From Bdellovibrionales bacterium (GTDB taxonomy: Bacteria; Bdellovibrionota; UBA1018; CAIMNF01), in assembly GCA_947502835.1 (NCBI GenBank), contig CANNBJ010000003.1, forward strand, positions 376,825 through 440,824: DNA of 64,000 bases. Direction: 5' to 3'. How positions within the stretch are numbered: position 1 is the stretch's first letter; each line of letters begins with the position of its first letter. Under the pieces are notes generated by a model, which worked only from the letters and a program-made list of their open reading frames with translations, had not been told where the DNA came from and did not search any database. The position numbers were made by a program, and so were the translations under genes. Shown one piece after another: positions 56,263 through 64,000 of the stretch.

Positions 56263-56662
56263 GGGATTCCGCGGATGAGGGGGCTTCGCCCGGCATCTTG
56301 ATCAGGGTTTGGAGTCCGTCGATGAAATCTTGAAGGCCAAACGGTTTTTGAAACACCAAATCCACTCCCCGGGCAAGAACTGAAATTTCGCTCAATCCGT
56401 GATTCCCCGAAAGAATCATGGCGAGAGGGCTAATCGTTCCACAACGCTTCAGGCGTTCGACGAGCTCAATTCCGGGACCATCCTTCAGCTGCTCGTCGCA
56501 TACGATTGCATCGACGTGACGTTCGGCGATCTTTTCCAATGCGCATCGGATCGAGTCGGAGCAAACCGGAATCAGACCTGCTTCCGGAAGTCGCTCACAG
56601 AGATACTCCCTCATTCCCGGGTCACTGTGGATGATCAAGATCGAAATTCCGGCCAGGCTCAT
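56201..56662 (-). CDS. Single-domain response regulator (receiver), atypical acidic pocket
   Basis: 'ILIIHSD', 'DAIVCD', 'GIEL', 'ILSG', 'QKPF'; SD GGGAGG. Confidence 0.75.
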   Translation of the reverse strand: MSLAGISILIIHSDPGMREYLCERLPEAGLIPVCSDSIRCALEKIAERHVDAIVCDEQLKDGPGIELVERLKRCGTISPLAMILSGNHGLSEISVLARGVDLVFQKPFGLQDFIDGLQTLIKMPGEAPSSAESLNAQSVWSSTDSNRSSPHRA

Positions 56663-56864
56663 GATTCCTCCCTGTTTCCGATTTGCGAATCGGGCCACAC
56701 TCTAGTCCGATCAAGAGGAATTACAATTGTTTTTTTCCGTGTTCGGTTCGGGTTCTCTGCGTGTGACAGTTGGATCGAAATCGGGGCAAAATGTCCCGGA
56801 TCGGTTCCCCGGGAGCGTTGGGCTGGATTGGGTTCTGGTATGCGAATTGCCTGATGCAATCGTG

Positions 56865-59336
56865 ATGGACGAAGACCTTCTGTATCCCGGACTCTCCGAG
56901 TCCACGGCACAACGAAAGCACTTGGAAGAGGGTCCCAACTCGCTTCCGCATTCGGGGGAGCGCTCATTTTTGCGCTTGGTGCTCGAGGTGTTGCGAGAGC
57001 CCATGCTTTTGGTGCTTGCTGCCTGCGGGCTCGTGTACGGAGTTCTCGGTGAGGCGGCGGAAGCCGCCATTTTGCTCTTGTCGATGATCGTCATGGCAGC
57101 ACTGGCATTGTACCAAGCGGTTCGCTCCGAGAATGCGCTCGCAAAATTGAGGGAGCTTGCGGCCCCGCGAGCCCTTGTGGTCAGGGATGGTCAGGCACGC
57201 AGGATTCCCGGAAGCGAGGTGGTGTGCGGAGATCACCTGATCCTTCATGAGGGGAACCGCATCCCTGCAGATGGTGAGCTCCTTTGTCACGGGCTCCCTC
57301 GGGGCGGGAAGCTGCTTGTCGATGAGTCTTTGCTCACCGGAGAGTCGGTTCCGGTGGTAAAGGATCGCGAGCATCCCGGGGTCTTCGCCGGGACAGTGGT
57401 GGTCCAAGGCGAGGGGGGCATGCGGGTGGAGCGGATCGGGGCGGAGACCGAGCTCGGACGGATCGGAAAGACGCTTTCCGGTGGCGTGGATTCCGGAACG
57501 GGTCTTCAGCAAGAGGTCCGCCGCATGATCCGTGTGGTGTTCGGTCTAGCGATGCTCTTGAGCTTCCTTCTTGCAGTTCTGTATGTAGTCTTGCGCCAGG
57601 ACGTCATTGCCGGCGTTCTGCTGGGGCTCAGTCTTGCAATGGCGATCCTGCCGAATGAAATCCCTGCGATCTTGTCGATTTTCTTTGCACTCGGTTCCGC
57701 GAGGATGGCGAGGTTCGGTGTGATTTCCCGAAACCCCGCCGCCATCGAGAATCTCGGGACCATTTCCGTGCTCTGTGCTGACAAGACCGGAACGCTCACA
57801 CTCAATCAGATGAGTGTGGATTCCATCTGGACCGAGGCGGGCGAGTGGAGTCGCGCAACCGCGCAAAAGGCGACATCACTGCCGGAGCAGGTTCACGAGG
57901 TGATGGAATACGGGGTGCTTGCATCGAGAAAGGATTCCGGGGAGCCCATGGAGACCGCGCTTCATGCTCTGGCGGGAGAATCGCTCGGGGAGACAGAACA
58001 CCTGCATCCGGATTGGGTTTCCGTGCGGGACTATCCGATCGGCTCGGGCTGGATGATGAGTCGGGCTTGGAGAGGGTCTGCAGGGGATTTTCATTCGATT
58101 GGAGCCAAGGGAGCGCCCGAGTCGGTGCTGCCCTTGTGTGCGCTCGAGTCTGCCCGGAGCGAGCGGATTCGAGTCCGGGTCCGGGAAATGGCGGAGGCAG
58201 GCTTGCGGGTCATTGCAGTGGCCAAAGCCCGTGTCAGGCAAGTGGATCTCCCCGAGCACCAGGACTTGATTCGCTTCGAATTCGTGGGCCTGATCGGGCT
58301 CAAGGATCCACTGCGCCCCGAGGCGCGTGAGTTTGTTCGGGAGTGTGAGAGCGCGGGGGTCCGTGTTGTGATGATGACTGGAGATCATCCCGAGACGGCC
58401 CGTTCGATTGCACGCGATCTGGGAATGGGGCAGGGGCTCCGCACCCTGACGGGGAGCGATCTCGACTCGATCGAGGATCGTGACTTGCTTCCGGTCCTGC
58501 ATGAGGTCGGAGTGTTCTCCCGCGTGAAGCCCGAGCAGAAATTGCGCCTCGTTCGCCTCTTCCAGGCGTCCGGAGAGAAGGTTGCGATGACCGGGGATGG
58601 AGTGAATGATGCCCCGGCCCTTCGTGCTGCCGATGTCGGGATTGCCATGGGAGCGCGTGGAACCGATGTGGCGCGGGAGGCTTCGGATCTGGTGTTGATC
58701 CGGGATGATTTTGGATCGATCTTGAATGCGCTGAGGCTCGGGCGCCTGATGCGGGAGAACCTCAGGCACGCATTCCGATACATTCTTTCGATTCACCTTC
58801 CGGTGATCGGACTCTCCATCTTGCCGGTGGTGATGGATTTTCCCCTGATCCTGCTGCCTGTTCATATTGCGTTTTTACACATCTGGGTCGAACCGGTCTC
58901 CTCCATCGCCTTTGAAGGGGAGCCTGCCTCACTTTCCACGCCGAAGGGAACCGCAACAGAGCTCTTCGATCCGGCAACCATACGGGAAACCTTGTTCCGC
59001 GGCGCAAGGATTTTGGCCGCGGTGTTATTGGTATTGGTGTTTGCCTGGTATCGCGGCAAAGGGGAGTGGGACACACGGGGGCTCGCATTCACAACCCTCT
59101 TGTTTTCCAATTTTGGATTGCTTCTTCTGCCTGTGGTTCGAAAGGGGGGGCGAAAAGGGGTTTGGCTCGGGGTCGGGGTGTCGACCCTGTTCAGCTACTT
59201 TTTCCTGCTTCAGTTCGAAGGGTTCCGGGAGTTGCTCCGGGTGAATCCGCTTCACCCCGTGGATCTGCTCGTATGCGCGGGTTTCGGGATTTCCTTTGCG
59301 ATGTTTCCGATGCGTGCGCGATCCCGGGTTTTCTGA
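56865..59336 (+). CDS. Cation-translocating P-type ATPase
   Basis: TGES, DKTGT, KGAPE, TGDH, GDGVNDAP; start approximate. Confidence 0.93.
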   Translation: MDEDLLYPGLSESTAQRKHLEEGPNSLPHSGERSFLRLVLEVLREPMLLVLAACGLVYGVLGEAAEAAILLLSMIVMAALALYQAVRSENALAKLRELAAPRALVVRDGQARRIPGSEVVCGDHLILHEGNRIPADGELLCHGLPRGGKLLVDESLLTGESVPVVKDREHPGVFAGTVVVQGEGGMRVERIGAETELGRIGKTLSGGVDSGTGLQQEVRRMIRVVFGLAMLLSFLLAVLYVVLRQDVIAGVLLGLSLAMAILPNEIPAILSIFFALGSARMARFGVISRNPAAIENLGTISVLCADKTGTLTLNQMSVDSIWTEAGEWSRATAQKATSLPEQVHEVMEYGVLASRKDSGEPMETALHALAGESLGETEHLHPDWVSVRDYPIGSGWMMSRAWRGSAGDFHSIGAKGAPESVLPLCALESARSERIRVRVREMAEAGLRVIAVAKARVRQVDLPEHQDLIRFEFVGLIGLKDPLRPEAREFVRECESAGVRVVMMTGDHPETARSIARDLGMGQGLRTLTGSDLDSIEDRDLLPVLHEVGVFSRVKPEQKLRLVRLFQASGEKVAMTGDGVNDAPALRAADVGIAMGARGTDVAREASDLVLIRDDFGSILNALRLGRLMRENLRHAFRYILSIHLPVIGLSILPVVMDFPLILLPVHIAFLHIWVEPVSSIAFEGEPASLSTPKGTATELFDPATIRETLFRGARILAAVLLVLVFAWYRGKGEWDTRGLAFTTLLFSNFGLLLLPVVRKGGRKGVWLGVGVSTLFSYFFLLQFEGFRELLRVNPLHPVDLLVCAGFGISFAMFPMRARSRVF

Positions 59337-59348
59337 TACAAGGAAGTC

Positions 59349-59789
59349 ATGATTCATTATCCACTTGTGTTTCAAGTCAGTTCCTCCGCTCAATCCGGCG
59401 TGGCCGCGAATTGGTCCACCCGTTCAGGCTCCATGCCCGATGCAGTGACCATGGCGATCCCGCCCGAGTTCGAAGGACCGGGAGGCGGGTACTCCCCGGA
59501 AGACATCTATGCCTTTGCCTTGATGAATTGTTTCATTGCGACCTTCAAGGTCATTTCAGAGAAGTCCAAGCTCGCCTACGAAGGAATGGAAGCCTCGGGG
59601 ACCCTCACCGTGGACCGCAATGAGACGGGCACTCCGTGGATGAAGGAGTTTGCCCTGAAGGTCGCAATCACAGGAGCTTCGGATCCCGAGCGCACCCGGA
59701 GATTGCTCGAAAAGACATCCCAGTCCTGCATGATCCTGAATTCCGTGAAGACGGGGAAGACGTTCGAGTTTCTGGTGAACGGGGCCTGA
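59349..59789 (+). CDS. OsmC family protein
   Basis: 'PPEFEGPG...SPED..A.ALMNCF' and 'CMILNSVK'. Confidence 0.88.
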   Translation: MIHYPLVFQVSSSAQSGVAANWSTRSGSMPDAVTMAIPPEFEGPGGGYSPEDIYAFALMNCFIATFKVISEKSKLAYEGMEASGTLTVDRNETGTPWMKEFALKVAITGASDPERTRRLLEKTSQSCMILNSVKTGKTFEFLVNGA

Positions 59790-59846
59790 AGGCACCACTG
59801 TTTCGTTCGATTTGTTCGCGGCTTGCGGCCATGCTAACGTTTTGGC

Positions 59847-60272
59847 ATGGAAAACAAATTGATCTTCATGCCCATTTTTGGCCAAGTTGCCCTGACTTTC
59901 ATGATCTGGGTTTGGTTATATGTCACCCGCCTTTCGACCATGGCGCGGGACCGGATTGATCCCCAAGTGCTTGCCGATGAATCAGGCTACGCGCTCTTGC
60001 GCAAGGTTGCGGGCCCCTCGGACAACTTTGAAAATCTCTTCGAGCTGCCTGTTCTCTTTTTTGCTCTTGGAATTTCGATCATCGTGAGTGGCAAGTCAGA
60101 CCCTTGGTTCGGTGTCTGGATGTGGGGGTTTGTCTGGCTCAGGGCTTTGCACAGCATCATCCATTGCACCTACAACAGGATCACGCACAGATTTGCCGCG
60201 TACTTTTTGAGCGCGTTGATCTTATGGGGACTTTGGCTCAGATTGTTCCTGAAGATTGCGATCGGTGGATGA
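59847..60272 (+). CDS. MAPEG family membrane protein
   Basis: 'DNFENLFELPVLF', 'RALHSIIH..YN....RF'. Confidence 0.88.
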   Translation: MENKLIFMPIFGQVALTFMIWVWLYVTRLSTMARDRIDPQVLADESGYALLRKVAGPSDNFENLFELPVLFFALGISIIVSGKSDPWFGVWMWGFVWLRALHSIIHCTYNRITHRFAAYFLSALILWGLWLRLFLKIAIGG

Positions 60273-60289
60273 GACCCCTTGCGGGATCC

Positions 60290-60823
60290 TCATTTCACAA
60301 AACGGAGCGATTTCCCGGAATGGAAATGGAATTCCGAGACCGTATATCCGCGGAATCCTTCGCTGTTGCGAAGATTGTAGCCTGCGTTCGCATAGATCGT
60401 GAACATCAGGTTCCCTGCACAATCGCTGAATCTCAACTTGTCCACCGAGCTGTCGCCGCTTGAATCGAATTTGCTCTTCGATCGCTCAAGGCAATAGATC
60501 CCGGGTGAGAGTGCGTATTCGTCGGAGAACCATCCTTCCTCGGTTTTGGTGAGGGCGTCCTCGACATCGGTCCTGAAATTGAGCTGGGAGTGGTAGGAAG
60601 AAAACAGGTGGTTTTCGCTGGAAGGCGTACAGATTCCATCCTCAAAGGTGCACAGATGAAGCAGCTGCTGGTGGGCTTCATCGCTCTTGGTGATGAGTTC
60701 GATTTGCTCAAGAACCTGCAGGCGAGCCCCATCGGGAAGCTCGGAGAGGAGCATGGATCCTGGATAGGAGGCTTGTGCGTGTGCAGAGGACGAGAGAACA
60801 AGAGACATCATGAGGGTAAGCAT
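60290..60823 (-). CDS. Secreted hypothetical protein
   Basis: Signal peptide MLTLMMSLVLSSSAHA; TTGATT-N17-TAGGCT ends 7 nt upstream of the ATG. Confidence 0.65.
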   Translation of the reverse strand: MLTLMMSLVLSSSAHAQASYPGSMLLSELPDGARLQVLEQIELITKSDEAHQQLLHLCTFEDGICTPSSENHLFSSYHSQLNFRTDVEDALTKTEEGWFSDEYALSPGIYCLERSKSKFDSSGDSSVDKLRFSDCAGNLMFTIYANAGYNLRNSEGFRGYTVSEFHFHSGKSLRFVK

Positions 60824-60958
60824 GCGGCGAAGCCTAGCAAAAAAAGCCGACAAAATCAAGCAAGTAATATGGTTTCATGGTGTGCCACCAATGTTTCAAG
60901 AGATTCCGTTGATCAAGCGTGTACCCGGGGTCTCTCTTGTGCCGGTGTCCTTGCAGGC

Positions 60959-61831
60959 TCACTCCCGGGACAGCCAGCCGCTCTTTCGGACCTTGAGAAA
61001 AATAAAGGCACTGACCGCAATCATGAGGCCCCAGACAGCGGGATAACCCCAGCGCTCCTCGAGTTCGGGCATGAATCTGAAGTTCATCCCGTAGACCCCC
61101 ACAATGAAGGTCAGGGGCAGGAAGAAGAGGGAAACCACGGTGAGAAAGCGCATCACTTCATTGGTGCGTTGGGAGGCCAAAGAAATCTGGAGTTCAAGCA
61201 GGTTCTGAACGTCCTCCATGAGTTCGTCTGCAATGCGGAACTGTGCATCCGAGGTTTCCTTCAGGTCCTGAACCCAATGGGCATGGGACCCCGGGAGAAA
61301 TCCTGCACACTCCCGGATCACGGGGATGGTGTTCAACATCAGGCGCTTCACGACCGAGAGTCTGGAGCGGTAGCGGTGCAACTCGAGGAGTTCCTCGCGT
61401 GAGGGCTTTCGCTCGAAGATTTTCCGCTCGATTGCTTCGATCGCAGATTCGGTCGAGTCAATCACGGGCTTGAAGCTTTCAATACAAAGTTTCAGGATCC
61501 GCAACAGCAATCGGTCCGGGTCCTGTCCCGGATCAAGGTCTTTCAGGAACCGGGCTTCCCCGCGGTGGACAGTGAGAAGCAATCCGTCTTTCCGGAAGAA
61601 AGCCATCTTGCGGGTCAGGGAAAGCAGGCTGTCGGCGGCTGAAGGTGCTTCCGTGTCTGCGTATCTGAGAATGAGGAAAAGTGTGTCGCCGAACTTTTCG
61701 ATTTTCGGGTAGTGGGAGGGGTCCAGGCAATCCTGAACGGAAGAGGGGTGGAGCGAGTGCAACTCAGCGAGCGAGGCCAAGACCTCCGGGGTTCGTGCCT
61801 GAATGTCGTGCCAATTTTGGGTGAGAGTCAT
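60959..61831 (-). CDS. corA: CorA family Mg2+/Co2+ transporter
   Basis: 'NEVMRFLT', 'PLTFIVGVYGMNF..MPEL' with GMN motif; start approximate. Confidence 0.92.
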   Translation of the reverse strand: MTLTQNWHDIQARTPEVLASLAELHSLHPSSVQDCLDPSHYPKIEKFGDTLFLILRYADTEAPSAADSLLSLTRKMAFFRKDGLLLTVHRGEARFLKDLDPGQDPDRLLLRILKLCIESFKPVIDSTESAIEAIERKIFERKPSREELLELHRYRSRLSVVKRLMLNTIPVIRECAGFLPGSHAHWVQDLKETSDAQFRIADELMEDVQNLLELQISLASQRTNEVMRFLTVVSLFFLPLTFIVGVYGMNFRFMPELEERWGYPAVWGLMIAVSAFIFLKVRKSGWLSRE

Positions 61832-61926
61832 GCGTTCGAGTCCTGCCTTGCCGGGGGGAAGCTTTTGCCTATGTACGGAAAAATATCCCCGCTCTTTTTT
61901 GAAAGCAAGCATGAGATCCTGATCCC

Positions 61927-63528
61927 ATGAAGTGGACCATGATTTCATGTTTGGTTTGGTTGGTTGCGGGTGCGGGAGAAGCGTGGGCGAGGAGTCCCGG
62001 GGGCATCCTCGAGGAAATCGAGGGGATCAACAAGAAAAAGCCCTGTCAGATCGATCCTGCGATGGCATATGTGTGCGACTCGATGTCGACATTTTCATGC
62101 AAGCCCGGGACCTTCGAGGATGGCACGGGAAAGGTTTTGTCCGAGGACGATTACCAAAAGAAAATCGCGCCCATTCGCGCCCGGGTTGAAAAAGTTTACG
62201 AGACTGCGGTCCTCAAGGCACTGAACGATCAGGATCCCAAATATGAGCTTGTGCGTGAGCTTGCCGTCAAGACGACTCTCCAAAGCGGAACTCCGGGCTG
62301 CGAAATGGAAAAGAAGACCGGTCGGAACGAATGCTTCAAGAGGGTGGCATCGATCCTCGCAGCCCATCGGACGCGCGCCGAGTTCGGACCTCATATCCAA
62401 AGCCAATTTTCAGATGAAAATGCAAAAAGCGCATTTGACCATGATGCCTTCTACGAGTTGATTCGAAACGGGGCCTTCAGTTCGGCGATGAATGATGCCC
62501 ACAAGAAAGCGGTGGGCATGGTCACGGATGCCACGATTGAGAAAAAGATCCGGAAAGAGATCTTCCCCGAGGTCCGCACCCTTCTGATTGAGAAGGTGAA
62601 GGAGTCGATTGCAGATCCTGAGATCGAAAGAAAGGTCATCCAAAAGATCCAGAACATCGGATTTGCGGGTGTGGATTGCTCTTCCATGCTTTTCGGCGGT
62701 GAACAGGAGGGGAAAATCCCGGGTCTCATGTTCAGCAATGCCTATTACTCCGCCGAGGATCAGACCTTCCGTTTCTGCAACGGATTTCTCCTGAAAAACA
62801 ATAGCGAGTTTTCGATTGCCATGGTGATCGCGCACGAACTCAGCCACAGCATTGATCCTTGCCATATCCAAAAGCCAATCGCGTCTCCCCCGATGAAATA
62901 CAGCGAGACCTCGGATCCAAAGCTTCTGGAAGGGCAGTACCCGTTCCCCGGGCTTTTGCAATGCCTGAGAGCCAAGGAATCCATCGGGGCGGTCAATCGC
63001 CGGGAACATGTGAACTCCAAGAGTGACTCCGAAACGTCGGGGAGAAATATGTTTTTGATGCATCAAAAGGGAGCTCCATTTTGCGATCAACAAGACCAGA
63101 TCGGCGAGGCATTCAGTGATTGGATGGGAGCCGAGGTTCTCGGCGATTTCATCGAGAAAAACCATTCGAAACTCTCTCCCAGGGAAAAGTTGGTGGGCTA
63201 TTCGAATGTATTCCGGAGTTTGAAGGGGTGTGATTCGAGCGAGTACGAGTTTGATGCCCATCCCGAGAAGAAAAACCGGATCGATCGGTTGATCATGGCA
63301 AATCCCGAGGTGCGTTCCCAAATCGGCTGTGGCGAACCGTCCAACGGATTGCATCATTGCAAGGCGGGCGAAACCTTTGAGGGCACGCGCGCTGTGTTTG
63401 TGGAGAAACCAAAGCCGGAGGAAAAACTCTTCCATGAGGAGGACCATGTCACTCCCGATGGGCCGAGTCCGAAGTCCAGCCCAAGTCTTCCCAAAGAGGA
63501 TTTGAAAGAAGAGCGAGGTGGCAAGTGA
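61927..63528 (+). CDS. Secreted zinc metallopeptidase, M13 (neprilysin)-like motifs
   Basis: Signal peptide; 'NAYYS', 'AHELSH', 'GEAFSD', 'DAHP...R'; many Cys. Confidence 0.72.
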   Translation: MKWTMISCLVWLVAGAGEAWARSPGGILEEIEGINKKKPCQIDPAMAYVCDSMSTFSCKPGTFEDGTGKVLSEDDYQKKIAPIRARVEKVYETAVLKALNDQDPKYELVRELAVKTTLQSGTPGCEMEKKTGRNECFKRVASILAAHRTRAEFGPHIQSQFSDENAKSAFDHDAFYELIRNGAFSSAMNDAHKKAVGMVTDATIEKKIRKEIFPEVRTLLIEKVKESIADPEIERKVIQKIQNIGFAGVDCSSMLFGGEQEGKIPGLMFSNAYYSAEDQTFRFCNGFLLKNNSEFSIAMVIAHELSHSIDPCHIQKPIASPPMKYSETSDPKLLEGQYPFPGLLQCLRAKESIGAVNRREHVNSKSDSETSGRNMFLMHQKGAPFCDQQDQIGEAFSDWMGAEVLGDFIEKNHSKLSPREKLVGYSNVFRSLKGCDSSEYEFDAHPEKKNRIDRLIMANPEVRSQIGCGEPSNGLHHCKAGETFEGTRAVFVEKPKPEEKLFHEEDHVTPDGPSPKSSPSLPKEDLKEERGGK

Positions 63529-63980
63529 AGGACGTCTTTCAAAGAAAACGGCTCCGCAGTCTTTTCTCCGGTTTCATGGTTGCGGTTCAGGCTCTGGTCA
63601 CGGGGGGGAGTGTGGCCGCCGAGGTCAGGGATCGACTGAGGATCGAGGCGACCATGGGCGACTCCACGGTTCATTTTGAGGTCGCGGACAAGGAGGGGCG
63701 TCCGGTGATCCTGCATCACTCGAATTCCTCCCCCGAGCGCGGGGTTGAGATTACGAGGAAAGATCAGGAGTTCTTCATCGCCAAAGGGGAGGAATTGCTC
63801 GAGCTTGTGAAGACGGAGCCATTGGTTCGTGACTCGTCCGCCTGCCCGCGGGAATTTGCATGGGTTGAGCTCAGGAGACATCTCAAGGATCCGAAAAAAG
63901 GACTGGTTTGCATCAAGTCGGGTTCGAAACCGGGCAGGATGCTCCTCAGGTTGATCGAGGTCTTGGGAGCGGACTTCTGA
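63525..63980 (+). CDS. Hypothetical exported protein
   Basis: GTGA overlap with the upstream stop; N-terminal hydrophobic segment; two Cys. Confidence 0.6.
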   Translation: MKDVFQRKRLRSLFSGFMVAVQALVTGGSVAAEVRDRLRIEATMGDSTVHFEVADKEGRPVILHHSNSSPERGVEITRKDQEFFIAKGEELLELVKTEPLVRDSSACPREFAWVELRRHLKDPKKGLVCIKSGSKPGRMLLRLIEVLGADF

Positions 63981-64000
63981 GGCGGTGGGAGACCCGAAAA

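Noticed and set aside
60823-60878. Possible frameshift at a T7 tract joining ATG 60878 to the secreted protein
   Set aside because: The same bases form TTGATT-N17-TAGGCT 7 nt before ATG 60823, which gives a complete signal peptide without a shift
1-64000. CRISPR arrays, rRNA/tRNA genes, transposases, integrases, prophage or defence genes
   Set aside because: None recognised; gaps are short and contain no regularly spaced repeats

Overview
Gene-dense, roughly 55% GC chromosomal core region of a flagellated diderm bacterium. Gene content and order suggest a Bdellovibrionota/Oligoflexia-like organism; this is inference, since no taxonomic marker was tested. Layout: (1) 1-15.4 kb, flagellar cluster fliK-flgD-TIGR02530-flgE-fliLMNOPQR-flhB-flhA-flhF-fliA, with no flhG; (2) 15.4-19 kb, PilZ-like gene, orphan Flp pilin with tandem sigma70/sigma28 promoters, and a lipoprotein, beta-barrel and EI24-like trio; (3) 19-32.6 kb, complete type II secretion cluster gspC-N on the minus strand; (4) 32.8-64 kb, housekeeping genes (acyl-CoA dehydrogenase, carD, cysS, nadA, thiBPQ, MATE, ppx, coaE, mazG, ybeY, frameshifted prfB, dus, ABC-F, P-type ATPase, OsmC, MAPEG, corA) interleaved with secreted proteins. 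No tRNA, rRNA, CRISPR or mobile element was seen. Best leads: a two-hairpin RNA leader between the TIGR02530 gene and flgE (possible protein-RNA control of the hook gene); a recurrent -10 box 6-8 nt before start codons that lack an SD (leaderless genes); a transglutaminase-elicitor homolog with His->Asp next to the catalytic Cys, paired with a propeller-repeat protein; an ArsA/Get3 pair with complementary degenerate motifs; a structured intergenic element at 47.9-48.05 kb; and an unannotated 48-aa basic ORF. All family calls come from motif recognition by eye; no database searches were run.
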